From Octopus vulgaris (taxonomy: Eukaryota), in NCBI GenBank assembly GCA_951406725.2, contig OX597826.1, forward strand, positions 20,212,001 to 20,276,000: a stretch of 64,000 nt of DNA, read 5' to 3'. Positions 26,261 through 38,780 of the stretch are shown piece by piece (position 1 is the first letter of the stretch; each line of letters starts with the position of its first letter). The notes under the pieces were generated by a model, which worked only from the letters and a program-made list of their open reading frames with translations, had not been told where the DNA came from and ran no database searches. Made by a program: the position numbers and the translations under genes.

Positions 26261-27421
26261 GTTAACTGAAAATTTCAAACCAGACGAGTAAAAAAAATAC
26301 GGGGGTGTACCGTAATGAAAGAAATCCAAAACAATGAAAATAAGCACAACTTCAACAGAAAGACAAAAAGAAAGGAAGCAATGGTGATGAAAGGTGGGGA
26401 TGTATACATACATGCAAAGATACACACGCAGGCATACGTACATACACACTCACACACACGACTGGCTTTTTTCTGTTTCCGTCTACCAAATCCATTCACA
26501 AGGCTTTGGCCAGCCCGGGTTGATAGATAGATAGATTGACGTGTGCCAAACATACATACATCTCTTAGTCTCTCTGTCTCCCCCCCCTCTCTCTCTCTCT
26601 ATATATATATATAACGTTGTTGAACAGCTGCTGGTCACTTTGTACCCAGAACAGTGTTCTTTGACCTCCTAAGGCAATAAAAACTGGAGACAAAATTTTT
26701 TCTGTACCAAAAACAAGGCTCACGCGCGTGCACACACACACACAAGTTTGTGTTTTTGTATGTATCTATCTATGTACATATAAAGATGTTCTTTTCTACT
26801 CTAGGCACAAAGCCCGAAATGTTGGGGGAGGTGGGGGCAGTTGATTAGATCGACTCCAGTATGCAACTGCTACTTAATATATTGACCCCAAAAGAATGAA
26901 AGGCAAAGTCGACCTCGGCTGAATTTGAACTCAGTATGTAGACACGAAATACCGCTAAGCATTTTTATAGGAATACAGATATTGTTTGCTCACTGTCACC
27001 AAGCATCTCAACTATTGTAACTATTTTGTGATCGAGGTATTTTATTTTGATTGAACATCAAGTGAAGAAAAGATCGGACCAGTGAGATGGTGGAGAGGCC
27101 ACTAAGCATTTTGGGACACTCATATTCTCTCATGAGTCCAGATTTGTTGTATTTCCTGACAGTGGTTGAGTGTGGGTTTCTTTAGCCGAACTGCTAAGTT
27201 ACAAGGACATAAACACACCATCAGTTGTCAAGTGATGTTGGGGGGACAAACACACACACACACACATATGACAAGCTTATTTCAGTGTCTGTCTACCAAA
27301 TCCACTCACAAGGCTTTGATCAGTCCGAGGCTATAGTAGAAGACACTTGCCCAAGGTGCCATGCAGTGGGACTGAACCCAGAACCATGTGGTTCATAAGC
27401 AAACTACTTACCACACAGCCA

Positions 27422-27463
<42 letters not shown>

Positions 27464-27859
27464 AAACTCTAATTAGTGTTACACTTATGCCTTGACAACC
27501 GATCAGGGCTGAAGTATTTCCTGACCCTGAAAGGGGTAATATATGACCAATGACCCATTCTGTTTCTATCAGAGAATGGTAAAACATGTTTGTGAAAGAA
27601 GAATTTGTGTGCTTAAACATAAAGAAAAGAAAAAAACATGATGGGCACGTGCTGTAATTTGTCTCCTTTATTCCACTCTACCAATATTCAAATGAGGTTT
27701 GCTTTGGAGTTTGTTTAATATCAAAAATCAAAATGAACCTCTTAACCCTCACCCTGACAGAAGAGTTTATTTCATTGAATTTCTTTAAAAAGGTTTTTTT
27801 TTTTTTTTTCAGTTTCTGTTTGAATTTAATTTCATTAATTTAGTTGAATTTTCTTGCAG

Positions 27860-27989
27860 ACAGTTCCATTGAAAACAGGGAATTATTTTGATAACAATGT
27901 TCTGCCTTTCTCTGCTTTTCTCACTGATAACTATGGCAGACAACACACATATCTACGGATATCTTTAACTGAAAGATGTAATTTTCGAT
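27860..27989 (+). CDS. MOCS1: MOCS1A exon 2
   Basis: ttcttgcag| [34 protein letters not shown](C) |gtaagt; start of the radical-SAM CxxxCxxC motif. Confidence 0.95.
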
Positions 27990-29458
27990 GTAAGTTCACA
28001 CTTTAAAATATTCCACATTGTTTTGTGATTAAAATGTGTAATTAAGCAGTTTTTTTTATGTTTCATTTATGATTCATTTATTCGTTAAGGTCATGACTAA
28101 CAGACCATCACCTTAGAGACAACTGCTGTCAGCTCTTCCTTTGTGAACTTAAATATACTTCAGAGTAATATGTTGATTGTATCATCTCACCAATGTGCTG
28201 GTGGCTCATAAAAAGCTCCCACTACACTCTTGGAGTGGTTGGCATTAGGAAGGGCATTGAGCCATAGAAAACTTTCCATATCAGACTGGAGCCTGGTGCA
28301 GGTGACCAGTTTTCAGTCAGCACCATGGAAAGCGAACATTAAACGATGATGATGACAATGTGTGAAAACAGTTGTAGTTATGGGAAATAATGTCATTCAA
28401 TCTGTTTTCTCTTATCAGTTTCTTTATATACACACATACACACACATATATAGCACTCCCTGACTGGCTCCCGTGCTGGTGGCACGTAAAAAGCATTATC
28501 CAAACATGATCGATGCCAGGCCTGCTTGACTGGCACCTGTGCCAGTGACATGTAAAAAGCACCCACTACACTCTGAGTGGTTGGCGTTAGGAAGGGCATC
28601 CAGCTGTAGAAACTCTGCCAGATCAGATTGAAGCCTGGTGCAGCCGCTGGCTCTCCAGACCTCAGTCAAACCGTCCAACCCATGCCAGCATGGAAAACAG
28701 ACGTTAAACGATGATGATGAGTAAAGCTAGAAATATTCCTCTGTAAAGTTGATTAGTTTGTATGTTTTGTGGTATTTTCTTTGGTAATCTTTGCTCAGCA
28801 ATTGTCAACATAAGCTCCCTTTTATAATTTATTCTGGGTATTTATTGAGAGAAATAACATGTAAAGTTGTGGATATGCCTAAGCTGAAACTCTCCTCTGT
28901 TTGTCAGGCCTACATGTTTTTTGTAGGAATAATGTAACAGAGGGGGAGGAGGAGGGCTGCACCGTCACTCAGGCTCATTATGCTCATTATGGCTGAGCAG
29001 ACTGGAGCCATGTGCAACGAAGTGCAACACTCAACCACACAGTGTGCACTGCTTGGTCCATGATGACAACCGATGATTTTACGATCATGAGATGAACATC
29101 CTAATCTCCTAATCACTGGACCACACACACACACGTGTTGGGGCCACATAAAAAGTGTAGTGCCACATAAAAAGCACTTGGCACACTCTGTAAAGTGGTT
29201 GGCGTTGCGAAGGGCATCCAGCTGTAGAAACCAATCCAAAACAGACAATGGGACCAGGTGCAGTTCCTGTCAAACCATCCAACCCATGTCAGCATGGAAA
29301 ACAGACGTTAAATGATGATGATGATGGTGATGCACATATAGCAATACACATGCAACACATACTCACACACACACACACACAGAGTTATATATAAAAGTGA
29401 GATTAAGATGTGAACTGATTGATTTTCAATTGATTTAGTGAAACTTTGTATTTTGCAG

Positions 29459-29626
29459 GTCAATACTGCATGCCTGAATCTGGTGTGGAGCTGACCCCGA
29501 ATAAAAATCTTTTAACGACTGCAGAACTGATCCAAATCACTTCCCTGTTTGTTAATCAGGGCATTAAAAAAGTTCGTTTAACTGGAGGAGAGCCATTGAT
29601 TAGAAAAGATTTAATTAAAATTGTTG
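29459..29626 (+). CDS. MOCS1: MOCS1A exon 3
   Basis: ttttgcag| (C)[33 protein letters not shown] |gtgagt. Confidence 0.97.
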
Positions 29627-31181
29627 GTGAGTTTCTCTCTGTTATTGTTATTTAACCCTAGGACAGGCCTGATCCAACAGACATACAATCAAATGTTCTA
29701 TAACAGTTTGTTTTTTTTTTCTTTGCTGGCATAATGTACCTAGAAATGCATTATCTGATGTGTCCATCTCATTATTAAGACTCTAAGGTATGATAAGAGG
29801 ACAATTTGGTTGCTATTTCTAGCAAGTTGAGAAACCAAGTAGAGGTTTCTTTGTTAGTTTAAGGAACATGTTTTTTTTTTTTGCTTAAGATTGTTATTAA
29901 AAACCTTATCTGAATCCTGATATTTCTGAACACAATTCTGTTGTGGTTTTTGTAGTGCCAAGCCAGCTCTGATCCAGTAATTCTCTGGCTTAGGGATAGT
30001 CAACTGAATGACCAGGTGGGACCCACAAATCTGTTGCTTAAAATATATTTTGCTTTTATCTACCTGAGAACCATGCTAGACACATCAACACAATGAAAAA
30101 AAATGGTGGTGATGTTCTTTCTACTGTCTGTCCAGTATAGTTGTAGATTTTGGTGGTGGTCACAGTGGAGGTGGACATGCTAGACTTGGCCTGAATGCAA
30201 GAACATTTCTATATGGTCATTCAGCCAAGTTAGATTTACCTGTAAAATTTCAAAATATATTAAATAAATGTTAGGTATGGCAGGAAATGCAATTTGATGG
30301 TCATGGCTGGAATGTCTGTTGACTGATTTAAGTCTAATACGAACAGATGTATATACAGTCTTGTCATGTGTCACAGTACTTTTATATTTTGATAGGAGAG
30401 TACTCCTGTAATCAGAGAGCATGGTACTCTTCTATTCCAGCAATCAGTGCTATATGCACAATCTGTAAATGATTATTTCAGCTTATCCGGAAGGACTATA
30501 ATTATTATCATCATTATATGTGGCAAGCAGGCAGAATCATCGTTAGCATGTGTAGTGGCATTCCTTACAGGTTTACATTCTGAGTTCAAATTTTGATGAG
30601 GATGACTTTCATTCTTTCAGGGTCGATTAAATAAGTACCAGTTGAGCACTAGGGTCAATGTGATTGGCTAGCCCTCTCCCTCAAAATTCAGGCCTTGTGC
30701 CTATAGTAGAAAGGATTATTATTATTCAAAATTAGTGACACTGATTGTGAGGTTAAAGTGTTGGCTTTATGACCATAGAGTCATAAGTTCAAATCTTATG
30801 AGCATTTTGTTGTAACCTTGAGCAAGGTACCTGACTCTACTTGCTCCAGTTCACCTAACTGAACACAAAATAAATCAATTGATTGATTAACACATAGGAT
30901 GCACATTAGTTTGTACAAATAATAATAATTTCTCCAAAATATAAACCAGCCTCCACAAATATGGCAACACGAATAATGTAAGGTAACAATAAATATGACA
31001 AATAAACCTGTGACCATATTAGTGTGAATTTATTTACCAAAAATAGTTTGGAAATTGAGTTTGTGGTAAGAAACTGGTTTATTACTATATTCTATGTTTT
31101 ATTGGAATAAAGAAATGATTTTGAAAGAGTTTTTAATTCCTCAGGAATTTGATGTTTTTTTGTAATTCTTAAATATTTCAG

Positions 31182-31414
31182 AAGAACTTCATCTCCTGAA
31201 ACAATATGGTTTGGAATTTATTACTATGACAACCAATGGTGTGATTCTTCATCGAGTTGTGGAGAAGTTAAAAGAAGCTGGCTTAGATTCCCTGAATGTC
31301 AGTCTTGATAGTTTAATGCCACATAAGTTTGCTTTCATTACCAGAAGGAATTGTTTAGATAAAGTCTTAAAGAATATAGAGGGTGCTTTGGCAGCAGGAT
31401 TTTCTCCGTTAAAG
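31182..31414 (+). CDS. MOCS1: MOCS1A exon 4
   Basis: atttcag| EELHLLKQYGLEFITMTTNG..AGLDSLNVSLDSL..GFSPLK |gtaagg. Confidence 0.97.
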
Positions 31415-31924
31415 GTAAGGAAATGTCAATGCAGAATGTTTGAAATTTTTTCTTCCAAATTTAAAAAACAAATGTTTATGGCTTAGTAATAGCAGGAATG
31501 ACCATTTTAGTGATGGGGGCTCCTAGGCTGGCGGGGCAGTTTAATTCCAGTATTTGTGACAGAGTAGATTCTGCTAGAGACAGGTTGTGGCATTAAACTG
31601 GGCCAAAGATTTGGTTTGCTACCAAAGAATAGGTACAGGCCATATGATAAGCTTCAGCATAGTTTTCTTCTATTACAGTTCACTTGCAAGGCTTGTCTCA
31701 CCATGAGCTTATGATAACATGCACATAGTTAAACTGTTACACACACTAGAATTGAACCTGGTACCAAATGTTTGCCAAAGAACTTGCCCAACCATGCTTA
31801 AATTCATTATCACTTTAATTCCTCTATAAACTTAATTTATTAAAATAGTTCAGAGGGAAGCTTCTGTAGATACAGTGCTCGTAAACATATGAAATCTGTG
31901 AAATTTGTAGAGTTGTTACTTACC

Positions 31925-32381
31925 TTATTTACATTCGACAGATATTTGTCCTCATCTTTTTTGTTGTTAACACAATGTTTTGGCTGATATACCCTCCAGC
32001 CTTCATCAGGTGACTTGGGGAAATTTCAAACCTGGGTTCTCATTCCTAAGGTATTTTTTGATGTTATTATTATTATTCAGGTCACAACCTGGAATCGAAC
32101 TCGGAATCTTGGAGTTAGTAGCCCACGCTCTTAACCACTACGCCATATGCCTGTGGGCATAGTGGTTAAGAACGTGGGCTACTAACCTTAAGATTCCGAG
32201 TTCAATTCCAGGCAGTGACCTGAATAATAATAATATCAACAACATCGAAAAATACCTTAGGAATGAGAAGCCAAGTTTGAAATTTCCCCAAGACACCTGA
32301 AGAAGCCTGGAGGGTATATCAGCCAAAACATTGTGTTAACAACAAACAAGATGAGGACAAATATCTGTCAAATGTAAATAA
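31925..32381. mobile_element. Head-to-head inverted pair of tRNA-headed elements with Penelope-like tails (457-bp palindrome)
   Basis: Arms 31925-32144 and 32156-32381 are reverse complements with an 11-nt spacer. Each has A-box GGCRTAGTGG, B-box GTTC(G/A)ATTCC, a (TAA)n tract and CTGA(T/A)GAAG..CAGCC.AAAC. A further fragment lies at about 43780-43885. Confidence 0.9.
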
Positions 32382-33238
32382 TGTGAATAATGTACATAAT
32401 TCCTCATCTCTTAGATATAGAACTATATTGTTAGAGTTATGAGAGAGAGAGAGAGTTCACTTGATGCTCCACCAATTCTGTCAATCCACCACCCTGGATG
32501 AACGTATACCATGTCTGCCATTGGTGGATGGTAGTAGAGGAAGAAACGGGAAGTGAAGTTGGGTCTAAAAAGTATTGAGTTTCAAAAACAAGGTGAAAGT
32601 GGAATGGTAAGATGCCATGATATCAGACTTGTTCCATTCTGGTCACAATTGAACTCTAAGAATAAAGGATTATAGATAACTTATTTTCTTAGTGGCTTTG
32701 ATCCCTAGCCTGTGGCCATCCTTTGATCCCTAGTCTGTGGCCATCCTGGGGCACCATTTTGAAGAGTTTTTAGTCAATCATATCAACCTTAATATTTTAT
32801 CAATCTCGTTAATTGTAAACCATTAAGTTATAGGAAAGCCTGCATGTGGTGGCTTGACTTTCTCGAAACAGCAGCCAAATCCCCTTCCTCAAATCGTATC
32901 CTACAATTTAAAAAAAATATTTTGAGTAATGTAGTCATTGATACACTTTCTGAAAAGATGGGATGGCCAAGATTGGCTTGGAGTTAAACCCATCACTACA
33001 ATAACGAGTTTTAAGAATTGTAAACACAAGCACTGATGCTAAAACACACACACACACACACACATTCACTTCTGCACAGTTTCCATCTGCCAAATGGCAC
33101 TGACAAGGTAATGGTCAAACCCTAGGCCACAATAGAAGACGCATGGTGGGATTGAACCGATAATCATGTCATTGTGAAACAAACTTCTTCACCGCATGGC
33201 TGTAACCGATTTGATTTTTCTGTTCTAAATCTTTGCAG

Positions 33239-33310
33239 ATCAATTGTGTTGTTATGAAGGACCTCAATGATGATGAAATCTGTAATTTTGTGCAGTTAAC
33301 AGAGAAAATG
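33239..33310 (+). CDS. MOCS1: MOCS1A exon 5
   Basis: ctttgcag| INCVVMKDLNDDEICNFVQLTEKM |gtgagt. Confidence 0.95.
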
Positions 33311-33659
33311 GTGAGTTGATTTTCATTTGTGTTTATGATGATGATGGCAGTAATGATAATGAATGTTATGATGACAGTGGTGATGATGATATTTTCTCAG
33401 AATTCTATCTACATTCACTCTCTTGTTGCCGTGCCTCTGTTGAAATATGCTGCCGTTCTTTCAATTAATTTTGAAAATAATGGATAACTTTCCAAATTAA
33501 CTTATGTCGTTATTAACATGAAATTTTAATGAAGTAGTTTAATTCAAATCACTTTAGAACAAGAAGTTTGTCTCCTTAGAATCGGGACAAACTCTGTCAG
33601 CTTTGATCCAAAAGGGTTAACTGACCATAGGAGACATTTGGTTTGGTTTTAGTCTCTAC

Positions 33660-35180
33660 ACAAATGTGGTAAATTGACCGAGTTCTGAGTTCAAGTCTTG
33701 CTGAGGTTAATGTACCCTTTCTTCCTTCTAGGTTTGATAAAATACCAGTCAAATACTGGGGTTGGTTTACTCACCCAACACCCTTCTCCTTACAAATCTC
33801 TGGCTTTGTGTCTAAGTTAAGAATCATTTGTAAGGAGTGCTGTTTCAACAGAGTTATTACAGCAATGATAAACTGCCTTGTAGTATTTAAACCAGCTCTT
33901 TAAGCTTTGAGTTCAAATCCTGCCAAGATCAACTTTGGCTTTCGTCCTTCCAGGGATCAAGAAAAAAGTATCAGTCAAGTATTAAGATTGACATAAACAT
34001 ATCCAACCCACATAATTAGGGCTTTGTGCTTGTCTTTTAAAATTATTATTATTATTAAGGTGGGAAATGCTCAGGATTGTTAGTGTGTTGGACAAAATAT
34101 TTAGCAGTAATTCTTCTGGTTGTGTACATTCTGAGTTCAAATCCTGCCTAGGCCAGTTTTTCCTTTCATCAACTGGGGTTGATGCTATTAACTAACACCT
34201 TTCCCTTTAAAATTGTTGACTTTCTACTGAAATTAGAAATTATTATTATTATAAAGGCAGTGAACTGACAGAATCGTTAGCACGCTGGACTGAATGCTCA
34301 GAGGTATTTCGCCCGTCACTATGTTCTGAGTTCAAATTCTGCCAAGGTCAAATTTGCCTTTCATTCTTTTGAGGTCGATTAAATAAGTACCAGTTACGCA
34401 CTGATAATCCCTTCCCCCAAATTTGAGGCCTTGTACTTCCAGTAGAAAGGATTCTTATTACTAAGGCAGTGAGCTGACAGAATCGTTAGCATGCTGGATG
34501 GAATGCTTAGTGGTATTTTGCTTGTCACTGTTCTGAGTTCAAATTCCACCAAGGTCAACTTTGCTTTTCATCCCTTTCAGGGTTGATAAATTAAGTACCA
34601 GTTGCGTACTGGGGTTGATCTACTCAACTAGCCCCCTCCCACAAAATTTCAGGCCTTGTGCCTGTAGTAGAGAGGATTAGTATTGTTGCAATTAGCTGGC
34701 AGAATTGTTAGCACACTGAACAACGGCATTTCTTTTAGCTTTATGTTCCTAGTTCAAATTCCACTGATTTGCCTTTCATCCTTCCGAGGTCAATAAGATA
34801 AGGACCAGTTGAGCACTGGCGTCAATATAATCTATTTCTCCCTCCCCTAAAAGTTGCTGGTTCTGTGTCAAAAATGATCAAAAATTGTTATCATTAAGGT
34901 GTCGTGAAGGCAGCGAGCTGGCAGAATCATTAACCCACCTGGCAGCATTTTATCCGTCTTTATGTTCTGAGTTCAAATTCTGTCAAGGTCTTCTTTGCCT
35001 TTCATCCTTTCAGGGTCGATAAAATAAGCATCAGTTGAACATTGGGGTCAATATAATCAACTTAACCCACCCACTCCACCCAAATTGCTGGCCTTGCACC
35101 AAAACTCAAAAACCATTATTAGGAAGTCATGTTGGCAGCAATTTTTCTGGCACGATGGACGAAATTCTTAGCAGCATTGT
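33660..35180 (+). mobile_element. Tandem cluster of about 7-8 family-2 tRNA-derived SINEs
   Basis: Repeated GGCAGTGAGCTGGCAGAATCGTTAGC..TTCTGAGTTCAAAT..CCTTTCATCC..AAGTACCAGTT..GGCCTTGTGCC units separated by (ATT)n. Confidence 0.85.
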
Positions 35181-35246
35181 GTCTTGCCCCTCCTCCAACT
35201 TTTAAGCCTTGAATTATTATCGAAAAATCATTGTTTCTGCTTTCAG

Positions 35247-35399
35247 AATTTAGACGTACGATTTATAGAGTACATGCCTTTTCAAGACAACAAATGGAAT
35301 TTGAAGAAAATGGTTCCTTACAAAGACATGTTGGAAATTATTAAAAGAAAATGGCCAAACATATCAAAAATTAAAGATAAACCTAATGATACATCAAAG
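35247..35399 (+). CDS. MOCS1: MOCS1A exon 6
   Basis: tttcag| NLDVRFIEYMPFQDNKWNLKKMVPYKDML..NDTSK |gtatgt. Confidence 0.97.
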
Positions 35400-36364
35400 G
35401 TATGTTGAAAACCTATTCCTGGATTTTGATGTCTTTTACAATCAGGAGAATTTGGTTCTCAGTTATGTTGGTATTTTTGTAAAAGTTTACCATATTTTGT
35501 TTTTATTTTATATCAGAATTGGTGAACAATGGTTCCATTGGTTCCAAGTTTTCAATAGACTGATCATTGGTTCACTATTTATGATAGTGTGAAAGGGGAG
35601 TTTCTGTAACTCAGTGCAGACCAAACATTTCCAGGAACTTACTTAAAAAGCAACAGTTTTTCAGTTTCTCATTGATGTTCCGTCAATATAATCAATATAG
35701 ATCCTTGAAAGATATATGTGCACAGACGCACACACACACACCTGTGTTGTATGGCCCTAATAACTAGGCCATGTATGATCATAAAGTTGTAGGTTTGATA
35801 CCTGAACTGGATGGTGCCTTTTATCCTTGAGGAAGGCAATTCATTTCTTATTACTCCAGTCTACTCAACTAACAATGGGTACCAACCAAGTTGCTGGTAC
35901 AGCTCTGTTCCTCCTGCAAAATTTTGGATGTTCTGTAGGGTCAAAGAACAGCCAAAAAGATGTCTTCTCTTGACTCCACAGGCACCTAAAACTATTAGCA
36001 AAAGCATGGAACCATACTTGGGAGACACATACATGGTTTATACACACACACACAATGGGCTTCCACATAGTTTCCCTCCACTAGACCCCTTCATGACCAC
36101 ATAGTCATGTTGGCATCTATGTCTTTGTTTATTTTATTATTATTTTTAATTTTTAGAGATAATTTTACTGGTTTTACATTAAAAATTAGTTCACTTTTTT
36201 TCATTGCCTGCTTACATAGTTTATTGTTAGTTGTTGTAGTATGTTCACAACTTATTGGACTTTTAAATTCATTTTCCTATTATTTAAAAAAGAAACGTAT
36301 GTTACAAAGAAAATAATTTTTCCCCGTAAAATGTTAAGACTATTGTTTTCTTTTTTCTTTTAAG

Positions 36365-36475
36365 GCCTTCAAAATTCCTGGATTTGAAGGTCAAATAGGT
36401 TTTATTACTTCCATGTCTAACCATTTCTGTGGCTCCTGTAATCGTTTAAGACTTACGGCCAATGGAAACCTCAAG
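36365..36475 (+). CDS. MOCS1: MOCS1A exon 7
   Basis: tttaag| [37 protein letters not shown] |gtatc; CxxC of the C-terminal [4Fe-4S] cluster. Confidence 0.97.
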
Positions 36476-37215
36476 GTATCAACTTTATTTCTTTTATTCC
36501 TTCTTTTTATTCCGCCAGCTCGTGGCCATGCTGGGGCATCATTTTGAAGGGTTTTAGTCAATTACAATACTTAACTCATTTTATCCATTCCTATTTATCG
36601 AACGGATAGGTTTGTCTATTGAATTACGTCACCTAAGAGTTACCTCCCCTGAAAAAGTAAATCTGACAACAAACGTTCTTTTCTATTTTTAGGGACTTTA
36701 AGGAATAATTAACTTTATTTTGTCTGTTTTATTCAATTTTTCAACACTGGGATAGTTGTTGTTTCTATATATATATATATACATGTGTTTTGTGTCTCCT
36801 TACCTTGACATTGTGTGTGATAATTATAAAATGATTGTCACTATCATTCGGTTCCAATATTCTTCGAGAACGTCTAGCCACGAGGAAATGTTACTTTGCT
36901 TGGAAACAAGGAATGGTCTCTGATGGCTAATAAAACCAGTGAGAAATGGTGACCTGTTGCATGAAGGGTTGCTATAGAACCACTTTCTAGATTGTTGGGA
37001 AAATGGTGAGGCAGCAAAACCTAAGATAAGAGGGAATGTCACAGATAGTAATTTGACCAAAGAATCAACAGATGTCTGCCCAAGATGCAAATGAGGTCTG
37101 GATGGTATGAACATGATTGTAAAAGTGAGGTCTGCATCTTTGAGTTAAATTAGGTGATGTTTTGCATGAAATATGTTTAAATAAAAATTGTTGTTAACCT
37201 ATTTCTAACATTCAG

Positions 37216-37336
37216 GTTTGTCTTTTTGGAAATGAAGAAATATCTTTGAAAGACATGATTCGAAAAAATGCTTCTGATGAAGAAATCCTAAAGCATATAG
37301 AATTTGCTGTGAAACGGAAGCATAAACAACATGCTG
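37216..37336 (+). CDS. MOCS1: MOCS1A exon 8
   Basis: ttcag| VCLFGNEEISLKDMIRKNASDEEILKHIEFAVKRKHKQHA |gtgagt. Confidence 0.97.
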
Positions 37337-37959
37337 GTGAGTATTTAAGCTGTATTTGCTCAGATTAGTTAAGACTTCTCTCACATTTATCCTAAGACAT
37401 GTCTCAAAGTTGTCCTAAGACTGAACTGTTGCTGTGACTTGGCACATCTTTCATAATCTTGATCTGTTTGAACTTTTAGGTGGTTGCTTGACCTGTTAGA
37501 AACAGTAACTAAACCATCCTTATATCACACACTATCATCTTAAAAAGAATGAAAGAACACTCTTGATAATAGTCCTAGATTCATAATGCTTGGAACTTGT
37601 CAAAACAGTGATGGTCATATCTGGAATGTCTTGGATTATACTGAATGTCTGTCAAATCAGAGCTGAATCTTATGGTTTTTTCCCTCAGGTTTCTCAGCTT
37701 CTTTCATATCTTCGTTTTAACATTAATTAGTATTAATATTGTAATATTAATTTCCGCCGAGGTGCACTTTGCTTTTCATCCTTGTTAACTGTAGTTTGCC
37801 CATTGCTCTGTTCTGAGTTCAAATGCCACCGAGGTCGACTTTGCTTTTCGTCCTTTTGGGGGTCAATGGAATAAGTACCAGTTGAGTACTGGGGTCGATG
37901 TAATCAACTATCTCCCCCCTCCACCAAATTTCAGGCCTTCTGCCTATAGTAGAATGGAG

Positions 37960-38010
37960 GTATCCCCGCCTGTCACACAGGAGACCAGGGTTTGATTCCC
38001 CACTGGGGAG
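37960..38010 (+). pseudogene. tRNA-Asp(GTC) pseudogene, 5'-truncated
   Basis: GTATCCCCGCCTGTCACACAGGAGACCAGGGTTTGATTCCCCACTGGGGAG versus canonical GTATCCCCGCCTGTCACGCGGGAGACCGGGGTTCGATTCCCCGACGGGGAG; most differences are CpG transitions. Confidence 0.85.
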
Positions 38011-38698
38011 GCATTGTTCATAGGTGCAAGAGTGGCTGTGTGGTAAGTAGCTTGCTTATCAACCACATGGTTCCGGGTTCAATCCCACTGTGTGGCACCT
38101 TGGGTAAGTGCTTCTACTATAGCTTAAGGCTGAAGCCTTGTGAGTGGATTTGGTAGACAGAAACTGAAAGAAGCCCATCATGTATATATATGTGAGTGTG
38201 TGTTTGTCCCCTCACCATCACTTGACAACTGATGTTAGTGTGTTTACTTCCCTGTAACTTAGCAGTTTGGCAAAAGAGACCAATAGAATAAGTACTAGGC
38301 TTACAAAGAATAAGACCCAGGGTCGATTTTTTTTCCAACTAAAGGTAGTGCTCCAGCATGGCTGCAGTCAAATGACTGAAACAAATATAAGAATAGAGAA
38401 AGGTGGTGAGCTGGCAGAATCGTTAGTGCACTTGACAAAATGCTCAGCTGTAGTTTGCTCATTGCTATGTTCTGAGTTCAAATGCTGCTTAGGTTGACTT
38501 TGCCTTTCATCATTTCGGTGTCGATGGAATAAATATCAGTTGAGTACTAGAGTCACTGTAATTGACTTTCCCCCTCCACTAAATTTCAGGCCATGTGTCT
38601 ATAGTAGAACGGATTATTACTTTATTATTAAGGTGGTGAGCTGGTAGAATCGTTAGCATGCTGGATGAAATGTTTAGCGGCATTTTGTCTGTCTTCAC

Positions 38699-38780
38699 AC
38701 TCTTCCATATTTGATCCACCTAAATGGTACACACATACACATATGTGTGTACCATTTGGGTAGATCAAATATGGAAGAGT
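38699..38780. repeat. Near-perfect 39-bp-arm hairpin
   Basis: ACTCTTCCATATTTGATCCACCTAAATGGTACACACATA-caca-TATGTGTGTACCATTTGGGTAGATCAAATATGGAAGAGT, two mismatches. Confidence 0.9.

Noticed and set aside
31980-32326. Two similar ORFs on opposite strands (MADIPS..) and tRNA-like genes
   Set aside because: Products of the inverted repeat; the tRNA-like heads lack a proper acceptor stem and are SINE promoters.
33660-35180. CRISPR-like repeat array
   Set aside because: Eukaryotic intron; units are ~200-bp diverged SINEs without unique spacers, and no cas genes are present.
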